A stretch of DNA of 64,000 nucleotides from Candidatus Micrarchaeia archaeon (GTDB taxonomy: Archaea > Micrarchaeota > Micrarchaeia > CAILAH01): contig JAVZCB010000005.1 in assembly GCA_038874595.1 (NCBI GenBank), positions 17,594 through 81,593 of the forward strand, given 5' to 3'. Shown here piece by piece: positions 49,286 to 59,709 of the stretch (positions are counted from its first letter, which is position 1; every line of letters begins with the position of its first letter). Position numbers and translations under genes: made by a program. Below the pieces are notes generated by a model. The model worked only from the letters and a program-made list of their open reading frames with translations. It made no database searches and was not told the DNA's origin.

Positions 49286-50491
49286 CTAATACTTGTCTAC
49301 CTGTGATGTTACGAAGTCTATATCTGCTATTTTTACTTCGTGTGCCTTGCCATTTGCTGAAATGACATTAAATGCGTGGCCAACGCTGTAAACGCCTTCC
49401 TCTGCTTTATTGCCATTCACCGTTACTGTCACATAAACTGATGTGTTCGGTGCCGAGCCAATAAATGCGGTACCGAGCTCAACCACAATATCTTTATCTA
49501 CTCCCTGCTTTGAGTTTTCACCTACCACAACCTGGCGCCCGTCAACCTGCATGGTTATCTTGACAGCTGTCCTGGTGCACAAATCAGACGGTGCGCCCGC
49601 TGACTGGTAAAGGTCATTCCCAAACTCAACAGGAACGATGGCGAGCTCTTCCGAGCCGATTTTAACAGTATATCCATTCTTACCTATTCTGACGTCTTCT
49701 TTTGTTATCGTGTACTCTGGCGCAACGATTTTAAGGTCTGCGACAAGCACGTTACCTTCAACATCCCACGGCTCAATGCCCTTTGACTTGAGCTCAACCT
49801 TGAATTGGCCTACCTCGAGATTGTACGTGCCGCTCTCACCAAGGATTGCGCGCTTTTTATCGCCGCCGGCACTTACGGAAACGAGCGCCCTGCTCGTGAA
49901 ATAGAGCTTATCAGTTGCCTGGTCAACGAGCTTTACGCCTGTGCCGTTCACAACCTCGCTCTTACCGCGGGGTATGACGATAACATCGCCAGTATCGCTT
50001 GTAAGTATAAGGTCGCCACTGTTTGCTGACAGGGATGTGGTGTATTCCTTGTTTCCAATCTTGACCTTACTGCCTGCCTCAACAACCTCCTGTGTACCGC
50101 CGATGCTAAGCTTCAATAGCACACGGGACTCGTTTGGAGATTTGCATACTGGGCCAGTATCCTGCACAGCATCTAATGATGTATCAGATGCATCTTGACT
50201 TACCGTTGCATCTTCGTATGAAGCATCAATCCCCGGAAGCCCGTGGTCGCGCACAGTGCCAGCATCAACTTGCTGCACCTGGCCGGTATCTTCCTGGACC
50301 TGCCAATTGGACAAATCTGTCTCACCCTCACAACCACTGTGCAAAACGGATGTGCCAAGCATCATTAAACCTACTGCTGCAACCTTTACTTTCTTGAAGG
50401 CGCTAACTTTTTTCTTCATGTGTTGCTGGTTGTACTCTGACTTCTGCTGGTTTTGCATAGTATCAGCGGATTTCTTCTCCATAATAATCAT
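49286..50491 (-). CDS. Secreted hypothetical protein, possible lipoprotein
   Basis: Basic N-terminus, hydrophobic helix, then LHSGC; acidic Ser/Thr-rich region. Confidence 0.45.
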   Translation of the reverse strand: MIIMEKKSADTMQNQQKSEYNQQHMKKKVSAFKKVKVAAVGLMMLGTSVLHSGCEGETDLSNWQVQEDTGQVQQVDAGTVRDHGLPGIDASYEDATVSQDASDTSLDAVQDTGPVCKSPNESRVLLKLSIGGTQEVVEAGSKVKIGNKEYTTSLSANSGDLILTSDTGDVIVIPRGKSEVVNGTGVKLVDQATDKLYFTSRALVSVSAGGDKKRAILGESGTYNLEVGQFKVELKSKGIEPWDVEGNVLVADLKIVAPEYTITKEDVRIGKNGYTVKIGSEELAIVPVEFGNDLYQSAGAPSDLCTRTAVKITMQVDGRQVVVGENSKQGVDKDIVVELGTAFIGSAPNTSVYVTVTVNGNKAEEGVYSVGHAFNVISANGKAHEVKIADIDFVTSQVDKY

Positions 50492-50611
50492 AACCTCCTT
50501 CGTTGTTAGGAAATGCAGAGGTTTATAAACGTTTCCATATGGCAGGCAAATGCACGTGGGGGCGTACTGCTAGCTTGCATAACTTATAAGATTTCAAGAT
50601 ATAAACTGCTC

Positions 50612-51589
50612 ATGGACGAGGCAAGATACGTCCCCTGGACGGAAAAATACAGGCCTGCAAAGGTAAGTGAGATTGTTGGGCAGGCAGAGATAGTTGAACG
50701 GCTCGGGGCGTATGTGCGCGAGAAAAATATGCCTAACCTGCTGTTTGCAGGGCCGGCAGGTGTCGGGAAGACCACCGCGGCAATTGCGCTTGCGCGCGAG
50801 CTTTACGGTGAAGGTTACAAGGAAAGTTTCCTTGAGCTTAATGCGAGTGATGAGCGCGGGATAGATGTGGTTAGAGGCAAAATCAAAGATTTTGCAAGGT
50901 CTGTTCCGATCGCGGATGTCCCATTCAAAATAATATTCCTTGATGAGGCAGATGCACTCACACCTGATGCGCAGAACGCGCTCAGGAGGACTATGGAGAT
51001 GTACGCTGGTGCAACTAGGTTTATACTCTCTTGCAACTATTCATCAAAGATAATTGAGCCTATACAAAGCAGGTGTGCCATGTTCAGGTTTACCCAGCTG
51101 AAAAACGAGGATATCGAGAAAATGATTCATCACATTTCAAAATCTGAGGGAATATCCCTTACAAAAGAGGCTGTGGATGCGCTTGTTGAAGTTGGGGAAG
51201 GGGATATGAGAAAGACCATTAACCTGTTGCAGAGCGCGTCTCTCCATTCAAAGAAGATTACTGAGAAGCAGGTTTACGGGCTTGCCGCAAAGGCAAAACC
51301 AAAAGAAATATCCGAAATAATTGAGAAAGCATATAATGGTGAGTTCAGCGAGGCAAGAAAGATGCTTGAAAAGGTAATGATAAATTATGGGATGAGCGGG
51401 CAAGATGTGCTTGACCAGATATATTCAGAAGTTGTAAAAATGAATATTCCTGATACTGCAAAGGTAAGGCTTGTCGACAGGATAGGAGAGTACAACTTCA
51501 GGCTGTCTGAAGGTGCAGATGAGAGGATACAGATTACTGCATTGCTCGCCCAGATCTCGCTTGAAGGCCGTATGAAAGGAGGGGTTTAG
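50612..51589 (+). CDS. rfcS: Replication factor C small subunit
   Basis: WTEKYRP, Walker A GPAGVGKT, DEAD-like Walker B, SRC motif; start placed at ATG 50612; no intein. Confidence 0.88.
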   Translation: MDEARYVPWTEKYRPAKVSEIVGQAEIVERLGAYVREKNMPNLLFAGPAGVGKTTAAIALARELYGEGYKESFLELNASDERGIDVVRGKIKDFARSVPIADVPFKIIFLDEADALTPDAQNALRRTMEMYAGATRFILSCNYSSKIIEPIQSRCAMFRFTQLKNEDIEKMIHHISKSEGISLTKEAVDALVEVGEGDMRKTINLLQSASLHSKKITEKQVYGLAAKAKPKEISEIIEKAYNGEFSEARKMLEKVMINYGMSGQDVLDQIYSEVVKMNIPDTAKVRLVDRIGEYNFRLSEGADERIQITALLAQISLEGRMKGGV

Positions 51590-52150
51590 ATGGATAAGAT
51601 GTTTTTGCTTACTATCATTGCTCTTGTTGGTGTTGCGATACTGACAAGTGGGTGTATAAAGCCGCAAGACGGTTCTGACACGATGACCTTTGAGAAATCC
51701 ATATTGGACGATGCGAGGGCAAGATACCCTGGCGCGGACATAATCGAAATAGAAGGCAGCGAAGAAATTAGCGGTATTAAGGTTACAAATGTGCGCGTCA
51801 CATTCGCTTCCGATACAATTTGCCCGTCACGGCTCAGGCTCAGGTATAAGCAGCCGTTCGGGTATGAGACGGGCGTGCCTATATATATCGTAAAAGACTG
51901 CCGTGTCACGTGCACAGAAAACTGCATAATCACAGGGCCTGAAGAGGCAATCATAGCTGCGCACACACTGCCCGAATCAGAGCAGGTAAATGAATTCATT
52001 GGAGATGGTACCGGTATTAAAGCGCATGCGAAATTTTCTGATGATGTGTGGACAGTAACGTTCAATAGGGCAAGAGATGGTGCAATAATGGAGGTTGCGC
52101 TTACAGCAAAGAACCCACGTATATTAAAAGCTCAGCTCCTTGAGAAATAG
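51590..52150 (+). CDS. Secreted hypothetical protein, possible lipoprotein
   Basis: Signal peptide ending LTSGC; ATG immediately follows the rfcS stop. Confidence 0.45.
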   Translation: MDKMFLLTIIALVGVAILTSGCIKPQDGSDTMTFEKSILDDARARYPGADIIEIEGSEEISGIKVTNVRVTFASDTICPSRLRLRYKQPFGYETGVPIYIVKDCRVTCTENCIITGPEEAIIAAHTLPESEQVNEFIGDGTGIKAHAKFSDDVWTVTFNRARDGAIMEVALTAKNPRILKAQLLEK

Positions 52151-52186
52151 GGCTAAGAGCATTTGCAGTTAAGCACACACTAAACG

Positions 52187-54142
52187 TTACTGCCAGGGCT
52201 TCTTCCTAAATAGCTGCTTTACCCCAAGCACAAGCAGTGCTATAATCAAAATAACAAACAGCACTGTTGCCACGCTCACAAGCGTTAGGTAGTTTGTATC
52301 CTCTGCACTTTTTGTCTCTGATTTGAGCTTAGCCAGCGCCTCATCAGCATACTGCTTTGCAAGGGCTGGGTCATCATAAAGCATCTTACGCGCCCTCAGT
52401 ATCAGCTCCTCCGCGTCCGTTGTGTTGACTGATGAAGATATTGAAGAGTTCCTTATTGAATTGAGCAAAGCATCCGCTTCTGTAATGCTGGTATTGGCCG
52501 CATAAAACGCAGCTTTCTTTTTCTGGAGTTGTGATTGTGCATCGTTGAGCTTCTCAAGCAGCTCAGTAAGCTTTGCATACGCTGTATCAAGCTCAAAATT
52601 ATCGATATCGCTCCCCACCGTGCCAAGCAGATATTCGATGCGCTCGGTATCTGCTGGTACCTTAAACCTTATGAGGTCCTCTTTAATTGAGGAATAGAGT
52701 GCATCCGCATTCTCAAGCTGTTCCTTGTAATTTTCTATGCGCTTGTTTTCAACCTCCTGTCCAATACCCTGCACCTTAGAAAGTGATGCATACCTAACTT
52801 CAAGCTCCTTTAGTAGGATGTTTGCATTCACATAATCCTCATTTTCAATATACCTGTTAACCTTCTTTATATCCAGAAGTATCTTGTTTGCCGCATACTG
52901 CAACGAGCCGGATAAGTTCTTTGAGAGGGCAGTTGTACTATCAAACAAGTCTGCACTGCGGTTTTTCAAACGCTCCGAAACGAGAGGGCCTGCAAAAGAT
53001 AAGTCACCATCGAGCTGCGGCTCAATCCCTTTCAATGTTGAGTATGCTTCATCATACTTGCCTTTGCTTATTAAATCTGATGCATTGCCTAAGTGCTTAT
53101 TATAGAAACTGCACCTGTCTATAACCTGTAAGTTAAGACTGTTTGCAACTGCAAATATATCACATACCTTGTTTACTTTTGAATATATCCCGTCATATAT
53201 TGGTGTTACGTCCTCAGGCCCGAGCAAGCTTGTTTTATTAAGGAAAAATACCAATAGCGAGTTATTCTTATAATCTGTTACATAAAGTAAACCGTTTGAG
53301 GTTGATATCCCGGAAACCTGGCCGAATTTGTAAGATGGAGCCCCAATCGAGTACAAAATGCGCCCATCTTCGCGCAGCAACACCTCTATTGATACCCTGT
53401 CCCCTTGTACAACATAAATGTAATCATCATCAACTGCAATCTCTTGCGGCCTTGAAAGTGTGCTAGTGCTTCCGCGCCCATAGGATTTTAAGTATGTTGA
53501 TTCATCAGCGAACACCGCTATGCGGTTGTTATACGTATCCGCTATGTACAGCGTGCCGTTGTATACACACATCCCTCTTGGGGAATTGAATATTGCATCA
53601 CCAATGCCAAGATATGTCCAGCTTATGCTGCTTCTGTAAGAATACTTGTTTGCTTCATATTCCTTAAGCACGTTCACCTGCCCTTTCTCGCTGTCAAGAA
53701 CATATATAGTATTTTCAAAGGCAGCTATTGCAGCCGGCCCTGCGGGCTTATAGGATTCGCTGTCTCCCCTGAACTTGAGCTCACCGGTCCCCTTGTCAAA
53801 CTTGAACACGCGGCCTCCCCTATCAAGCACATATACATAATTTTTATCAGCCCATGCGCTGACAACTGCTGCCATATAATCCTGCTCACCGGGTGTATCA
53901 GAGCCGTATACCTTGCTAACGCGCAGCTTACCCGTCGGGTCAATGTAATACTTTGTTAGGAGACGGTAGTTGTCATACCATATGTAAAGGTATGGTCCGT
54001 CAGCAAACACTCCTGATACGTGCAGGTCCTCACGCAAAGTATACTTATCTTTGAGCTCAAATCTTGCAGCCCATACCATTGTTGACAACAAAAGCAACAA
54101 GGATATGGATAATACTGTAAAGCCCATTCTTGAATTTGCCAT
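52187..54142 (-). CDS. NHL-repeat beta-propeller surface protein with coiled-coil and C-terminal TM anchor
   Basis: Signal peptide; repeated NHL-like blades (YVLD, LYIADTYNNRIAVF, LYVTDYKNNSLLVF); C-terminal TM plus basic tail. Confidence 0.6.
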   Translation of the reverse strand: MANSRMGFTVLSISLLLLLSTMVWAARFELKDKYTLREDLHVSGVFADGPYLYIWYDNYRLLTKYYIDPTGKLRVSKVYGSDTPGEQDYMAAVVSAWADKNYVYVLDRGGRVFKFDKGTGELKFRGDSESYKPAGPAAIAAFENTIYVLDSEKGQVNVLKEYEANKYSYRSSISWTYLGIGDAIFNSPRGMCVYNGTLYIADTYNNRIAVFADESTYLKSYGRGSTSTLSRPQEIAVDDDYIYVVQGDRVSIEVLLREDGRILYSIGAPSYKFGQVSGISTSNGLLYVTDYKNNSLLVFFLNKTSLLGPEDVTPIYDGIYSKVNKVCDIFAVANSLNLQVIDRCSFYNKHLGNASDLISKGKYDEAYSTLKGIEPQLDGDLSFAGPLVSERLKNRSADLFDSTTALSKNLSGSLQYAANKILLDIKKVNRYIENEDYVNANILLKELEVRYASLSKVQGIGQEVENKRIENYKEQLENADALYSSIKEDLIRFKVPADTERIEYLLGTVGSDIDNFELDTAYAKLTELLEKLNDAQSQLQKKKAAFYAANTSITEADALLNSIRNSSISSSVNTTDAEELILRARKMLYDDPALAKQYADEALAKLKSETKSAEDTNYLTLVSVATVLFVILIIALLVLGVKQLFRKKPWQ

Positions 54143-54163
54143 AACATCACATCATATCATAAG

Positions 54164-55951
54164 CTATCCTAACCGCTGCCTTGTTATCCTGAGTATGTGC
54201 ATCAGCAGGGAAATTTCGTTTTCTGAGAGCACATTATTATACTTTTCTAAGTAGAGGTCGGCATCCTTTTTTGGAACATATGTGTATAATGTCTTGCCAT
54301 ATACAACCTCTTTCCCAAAAGTAATCCCATCAATTGAGATTGCAACCTCTGCACCCGCTGTGGCCTCATCAAGCGAGGCCTTATCCTCCTGTATAGATTT
54401 TATCTTGCCCAATAAGTTGCCGTTCTCATCTATAACGCCAACATCCGGCCGTATCTTCCCGACCATCACTTTGACACCAAACACTGCCGGCTTGCTTGTC
54501 CTGAAACAGCAGCCTGGGATTACGTGCATCTGTGCAACTGGCTGGAGCTTATCAATCACATTGCGCTTCTCCTCCGCCTCAACCTCTTCTTTCCATTTAG
54601 AAAATTCTTCTATAAGCCGGTAGATTACTCCCTCCTCAAAAATCTTAACCTTGCACTCGCGAGCATACTGCTCAACATCACGCGGTACCTTAACATTGAA
54701 TGCCAGTATTGCCCTATCAATTTTCCTTTGAATGCTGACTGCTGCACAATCCGCCACATCCTTGCGTGAGACTGCACCTATCCCCACACTGCGCACTTTT
54801 ATGCGTGCCCCCGAGAGCAGGCGGATTGCAGCTTCAAGCGAGCCTAACGTATCTGCCCGGACAGTAACACCCTCACCTTCACTGAAAGAAAGGACTGAAG
54901 TAACCTCTTTCCGTAACTCATCAATCGCAGAATCATCACTGCCCTTAACTACAATAAGCGTTGAGCCCGGTATTGCACCTTCAATGTCGGGAGCCGCAAT
55001 CTTAATCCCGGCGGCAGCACTTACAACACATACGCTTGAGAATTTATCTTTCGGGTCGCGCATCTCATCAAGCGGTTTTGGCCGGAGCATTGCACGGATA
55101 TGCGTAACCTTATGTCCATCCAGTGTTGCAAACGCGATGTAGTCATTCACACGTATCGTCCCGTCATAAAGGATTGCATCAAGCGTCTTGCCAAGGCCGG
55201 GCACTTCCTTGACTTCTATTATGCTCGCGCGCCCAGGCGATGCCTGGTCTATATGCAACCGGTTCTCAAGGAACTTCTGCGCAAGCCCTGTGAGCATAAT
55301 CAGTATTTCAGCTATGCCTTCCTGTGTTTTTGCACTCACCGGCACAATCGCAACTTCTTTTGTGAAATCTGTTACACGGTCAAACCGCTCTGAATTAAAA
55401 CCAAACTCGGCAAGCTTTGACACGGTATCATAAATCCGTGAATCAAGGCCGTCCTGCACAGGTTTTTGCTGGCGTGGCAGTGATTCAAGAAAAGAGCTTG
55501 TCTTCTGTGGTTTCCACCCACTAATCAGATCAATCTTGTTGAGTGCCACAATAAAAGGCGTCTTGTACTCCTTTAGTATGTTTATCGCCTCAGCGGTCTG
55601 TGGCTGGAACCCCTGTGACGCGTCAACAACCAGCACTGCAATGTCCGCGATTGAGCCGCCGCGCCTGCGCAAGCTCGTAAACGCCTCGTGCCCGGGCGTA
55701 TCTATGAAAAGCAGGCCGGGGATAGTAATCTTAAGCTTCATCGTCTCGATAAGCGTGCCACCAATACTTTTCAGGACATCTGCAGGCACTTCGCTTGCAC
55801 CGATATGCTGTGTGATTGCCCCCTTCTCCCTTTTGTGAACACTTGTATTCCTGATAGAGTCCAGCAGCATCGTCTTGCCGTGGTCAACGTGGCCCATTAC
55901 AACTACAATGGGTTGCCTGATGAATGCCATATTTCTCATCGTTGTATTCAT
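54164..55951 (-). CDS. infB: Translation initiation factor aIF5B (IF2 homolog)
   Basis: G1 motif GHVDHGKT, DTPGH, NKID, C-terminal beta-barrel domains; no intein. Confidence 0.9.
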   Translation of the reverse strand: MNTTMRNMAFIRQPIVVVMGHVDHGKTMLLDSIRNTSVHKREKGAITQHIGASEVPADVLKSIGGTLIETMKLKITIPGLLFIDTPGHEAFTSLRRRGGSIADIAVLVVDASQGFQPQTAEAINILKEYKTPFIVALNKIDLISGWKPQKTSSFLESLPRQQKPVQDGLDSRIYDTVSKLAEFGFNSERFDRVTDFTKEVAIVPVSAKTQEGIAEILIMLTGLAQKFLENRLHIDQASPGRASIIEVKEVPGLGKTLDAILYDGTIRVNDYIAFATLDGHKVTHIRAMLRPKPLDEMRDPKDKFSSVCVVSAAAGIKIAAPDIEGAIPGSTLIVVKGSDDSAIDELRKEVTSVLSFSEGEGVTVRADTLGSLEAAIRLLSGARIKVRSVGIGAVSRKDVADCAAVSIQRKIDRAILAFNVKVPRDVEQYARECKVKIFEEGVIYRLIEEFSKWKEEVEAEEKRNVIDKLQPVAQMHVIPGCCFRTSKPAVFGVKVMVGKIRPDVGVIDENGNLLGKIKSIQEDKASLDEATAGAEVAISIDGITFGKEVVYGKTLYTYVPKKDADLYLEKYNNVLSENEISLLMHILRITRQRLG

Positions 55952-55978
55952 TCAAAATACAAAGCTTTTTAATTTTCG

Positions 55979-56695
55979 GTGAGATGTAATTCTGTGAGCG
56001 ATGAGATTGAATTTATAGATGTGGCTCTTCTTGAGAAGATTGATGCTGAGACGACTGTTGAGGGGTTTGGCTCAAAAATCAGCAGTACATTCTTTGAGGC
56101 GGCAAACCTGCTGGGCACCCTAAAAATAAAGGGCCTTATCGAGATACATTCCGCGATTGGGAACAGCCCGGTGCTCCTCACCGAGAAAGGAAAATTGCTG
56201 CTGAAAGATTTTGAGGCCAACGCGGAGGCAGAGATTGGCAAGATTGACCTGGCAGTGCTTGGGAGTGTGCGCGGTGGGCTGCGCGATCCAAAGAAAGTCG
56301 AGGCAGCGTTAAACATCAACGGGAAGGATATCGCATATTCCATATACAGGCTTGCAAAGAAAGGATATCTTGAATACAAAGTTAGGAATGGCAGTGTTGA
56401 GCTTGTTCTTACAACACGCGGGTTTGAGGAGGAGAATCCGACCGTAAAGGAGCATGCAAACAGGGTAATTGCAAAAACCGAGCTTGCAAGGCCTGTTGTA
56501 AAAGCTCCTGGGGAGGTACGAAACAAGACTGCTGAGGAACTGGCTGCCGAGGAGTTTGTTGTTGAAAGTGGGGATGCTAGAAAGGAGAGTATGGCACTGT
56601 CAAAAATGATGTATTATATTGATAGGTATAAGTGGTATGGTGTGCTTGCACTTATAGCTGCAGCTGCGGTGCTCCTTCTTGTTTTCTGGAAGTGA
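55979..56695 (+). CDS. Hypothetical membrane-anchored protein with two winged-helix-like repeats
   Basis: GTG start; two internally similar about 70-aa segments; C-terminal TM helix. Confidence 0.4.
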   Translation: MRCNSVSDEIEFIDVALLEKIDAETTVEGFGSKISSTFFEAANLLGTLKIKGLIEIHSAIGNSPVLLTEKGKLLLKDFEANAEAEIGKIDLAVLGSVRGGLRDPKKVEAALNINGKDIAYSIYRLAKKGYLEYKVRNGSVELVLTTRGFEEENPTVKEHANRVIAKTELARPVVKAPGEVRNKTAEELAAEEFVVESGDARKESMALSKMMYYIDRYKWYGVLALIAAAAVLLLVFWK

Positions 56696-57314
56696 TGCTA
56701 TGGGGATGGTTGATGACCTCGGGCTGTTTTCAAAAGCAGGCATAACACTCCCTAGATATGAATTTGTGCCTATTGGGCATAGGCCTGTGTTATTCAGTGC
56801 TGAAAAGTTTGTAATCAAAGCTGTTGGGAAAAACATTGTACACAAGACAGATATTGGTGCAATAAAAATGAACGTGGATAAGGAGAGTGTTGAGCTTGAG
56901 ATTAGGCGGATGCGCAACAAGCTTGAAAAGCTCAGGCCAGAGGGGTTTCTGATACAGGAGCAGGTGCCAAAAGGTATTGAGGTTATAATTGGTGCAAAGC
57001 GGGATTTGCAGTTCGGTGATGTTGTGCTGTTTGGAGTTGGTGGGGTTTATGTTGAGTTATATAAGGACGTGTCTGTAAGGCTATGCCCCGTATCTGACAC
57101 GGATGCACTTGAGATGATTAATGAGACAAAAGCAGGGCACTTGCTTGAAGGGTTCCGGGGAAGGCCGTCGATTGATAAGTGTATGGTTGCTGGTATAATA
57201 AAGAAGGTGTGCGCGGTGATGCACCGCAACCCGGACATAAAGGAGATTGACCTGAACCCGGTCGTGCTTTACCCGACCAGCTACTCTGCCGTCGATGTGA
57301 GAGTGATAAGATGA
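56679..57314 (+). CDS. NDP-forming acetyl-CoA synthetase (ACD), beta subunit (ATP-grasp)
   Basis: ATP-grasp motifs KAVGKNIVHKTDIGAI and IEVIIGAKRD; stop overlaps the alpha-subunit ATG (ATGA); likely true start ATG near 56700. Confidence 0.7.
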   Translation: MFSGSDAMGMVDDLGLFSKAGITLPRYEFVPIGHRPVLFSAEKFVIKAVGKNIVHKTDIGAIKMNVDKESVELEIRRMRNKLEKLRPEGFLIQEQVPKGIEVIIGAKRDLQFGDVVLFGVGGVYVELYKDVSVRLCPVSDTDALEMINETKAGHLLEGFRGRPSIDKCMVAGIIKKVCAVMHRNPDIKEIDLNPVVLYPTSYSAVDVRVIR

Positions 57315-58777
57315 ATAAAAATAAGCGCGCACCGGCAGATAAGGAAAACAGTATGGTGCGGGATAACCAAAACCTGAACATGCGTGCAGTAATTGAGCCG
57401 AGCAGTATTGTAGTTATTGGTGCATCAAGAAACCCATCAAAGGTTGGGTATGCCGTGCTCAAGAACCTTATCACGAGTGGGTTTAATGGCTGGCTTTATG
57501 CCGTAAATCCGAACGCTGATAACATACTTGGTGTGAGATGTTACAAGAGCATCAAGGAACTCCCTCAGAAAGTTGACTGTGCAATAATAGCTGTGCCTGC
57601 AGAAAACGTAAATGAGATAATCGAGGAATGCGGCAGAAAGGGGGTTCGTGGAGCAATTGTGATTTCCGGCGGGTTCAAGGAAGTTGGGGAAGTGAAGCGT
57701 GAGTTGGAGCTCACAAAAATATGCAGAAAATATGGCATTGCAATGATAGGGCCGAACTGTCTCGGGATAGTAAATAGGAAAAAGCACGTTGACAGCATAT
57801 TCCTCCCAACATATAAGATGAAGAGGCCGCAGCTCGGGAAGATTAGTTTCGTGACACAGAGCGGTGCCGTCGGCTCAACAATACTCGACCTTATAGGGGA
57901 GTCAAACATAGGTGTCTCAAAATTCATATCGTACGGTAATGCTGCTGTCATTGATGAGAGTGATTTGCTGCGCTATCTGCGTGAGGATGCTGACACATCG
58001 GTTGTGGTTATGTATATCGAAGGTGTAAAGGACGGCAGGAAGTTTTATAGGGAGCTTAAGGAAACATGCGCAGTCAAGCCGGTTGTTGTCTTAAAGGCAG
58101 GAAAAGGTGCGTTGGCTGCAGGTGCGGCAAAATCACATACTGGTGCGCTTGCAGGTGATTACAAGATTTTCCAGGCAATGCTGAAACAAGCGGGTGCGGT
58201 TGAGGCGACAAACCTGCCGGAGTTATTCAACTTATCAAAGATATTCCTACAGCCATTGCCCAAAGGGGATAGGATGTTCGTGCTCACGAACGGTGGTGGC
58301 GATGGTGTGCTCGCAGTGGATGCAATCGAAAGGAACGGGTTGAAACTGGCACAACTGAGCGGGAAAATGCGTGCAAAACTGCGGAGGATTCTGCCAAAGC
58401 ATGTTGTTGTTGGCAACCCGTTTGACCTAACAGGCGATGCGGACAGCACGAGGTACAGGACCGTGCTTGAAGAGGCAGTAAAAGAGGAGGGCATCGATGC
58501 AATCATTGCAATAACACTGTTTCAAACGGCCGGCCTTGGCTCTGAGGTCGTCAATGAGATTATAAGCGCCGATATCAAAACGGATAAAACGATTGTATCT
58601 GTTGCAACTGGTGGTGAGTATACGCGCCTCCTCCTCAGCATAATAGAATCTTCCGGAATACCTGCGTATGGGTCGCCAAGCGAAGCTGTTGATTCAATCG
58701 CAAAGGCGTTATGGTATTATAAGAAGAGGGGTGTGGGCCGCGGGACAGTACAAAGCGCTGGAGACGGCAGCGTGTGA
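57311..58777 (+). CDS. NDP-forming acetyl-CoA synthetase (ACD), alpha subunit
   Basis: CoA-binding VIGASRNPSKVGY and catalytic-His loop GKGALAAGAAKSHTGALAG. Confidence 0.8.
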   Translation: MNKNKRAPADKENSMVRDNQNLNMRAVIEPSSIVVIGASRNPSKVGYAVLKNLITSGFNGWLYAVNPNADNILGVRCYKSIKELPQKVDCAIIAVPAENVNEIIEECGRKGVRGAIVISGGFKEVGEVKRELELTKICRKYGIAMIGPNCLGIVNRKKHVDSIFLPTYKMKRPQLGKISFVTQSGAVGSTILDLIGESNIGVSKFISYGNAAVIDESDLLRYLREDADTSVVVMYIEGVKDGRKFYRELKETCAVKPVVVLKAGKGALAAGAAKSHTGALAGDYKIFQAMLKQAGAVEATNLPELFNLSKIFLQPLPKGDRMFVLTNGGGDGVLAVDAIERNGLKLAQLSGKMRAKLRRILPKHVVVGNPFDLTGDADSTRYRTVLEEAVKEEGIDAIIAITLFQTAGLGSEVVNEIISADIKTDKTIVSVATGGEYTRLLLSIIESSGIPAYGSPSEAVDSIAKALWYYKKRGVGRGTVQSAGDGSV

Positions 58778-59700
58778 GCAGTATGATAGCCCAGCTAAAC
58801 AGTATTGTCCTGCTTTTTCTCCTTTATTTAAACATCAAGCTCATACGGAAATATATTGATACCGATGATGCAAATTATGTCATTGCATTCGCTGTACTTC
58901 TCTTCTTGTTCTTCAACCTATGGTTGGGAGCGTATGCGGAAATACTCGGCAGGTTCCAGCAGCAGTTCACAATTGCTATGAACGCGTTGCCAATGATAAT
59001 TGTAATTGTGCTTGTGTGGCTTGAAGGAAAAAGGAAAAAGGAAGAGCGGGAAAGAAGGAAAACGCGCGAGTTCTTCTCAAAGTATGTTTCAGAGAAGATT
59101 GTAGACACTCTCCTCAAGGAAAAACAACTTGAGCTTGGCGGTGAGAAGCATCAAGTAACTGTTCTTTTCACGGATGTGCGCGGGTTTACTGCAATGTCTG
59201 AGAGGCTTGACCCGAAGCAGGTCGTTGAAGTGCTTAACGGGCACTTTGATATAATCAATGAGGAAATATTCAGAGAAAATGGTACCGTGCTCAAGTATAT
59301 CGGAGACTCTGCAATGGCTGTGTTTAATGCCCCTATCTTGCAGAAAGACCATGCTGAAAAGGCTGTGCGGGCGTGCATAGCCGTGCAAAAAAGGATGAAA
59401 GAATACTCATCTACAGTTAAAGGTAAAATGAATATTGATTTTGCAATTGGTATAGGGATAAATAGCGGTGAAGCGGTTGTCGGCAATATCGGCTCACACA
59501 AGTATATGGATTATACGGTCATAGGAGATGCCGTGAACACGGCGTCGCGGTTAAATGGCATTGCAAAAGCTGGTGAGATAGTCGTGAGTGAGAGCACATA
59601 CGAGCTCATTAAAGACAAGTTCAGGTTTAGCAAACCAGAGGAGGTTCCAGTTAAAGGGAAGGTGCTTCCAGTCAAGGTTTATAGGGTGCTTTATGAATAG
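58774..59700 (+). CDS. Membrane-anchored class III nucleotidyl (adenylyl) cyclase
   Basis: N-terminal TM helices; CHD domain with metal-binding Asp in FTDVRGFT and IGD, substrate Lys in KYIGD, transition-state GDAVNTASRL; start overlaps the ACD alpha stop. Confidence 0.75.
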   Translation: MSSMIAQLNSIVLLFLLYLNIKLIRKYIDTDDANYVIAFAVLLFLFFNLWLGAYAEILGRFQQQFTIAMNALPMIIVIVLVWLEGKRKKEERERRKTREFFSKYVSEKIVDTLLKEKQLELGGEKHQVTVLFTDVRGFTAMSERLDPKQVVEVLNGHFDIINEEIFRENGTVLKYIGDSAMAVFNAPILQKDHAEKAVRACIAVQKRMKEYSSTVKGKMNIDFAIGIGINSGEAVVGNIGSHKYMDYTVIGDAVNTASRLNGIAKAGEIVVSESTYELIKDKFRFSKPEEVPVKGKVLPVKVYRVLYE

Positions 59701-59709
59701 GGTGGATAT

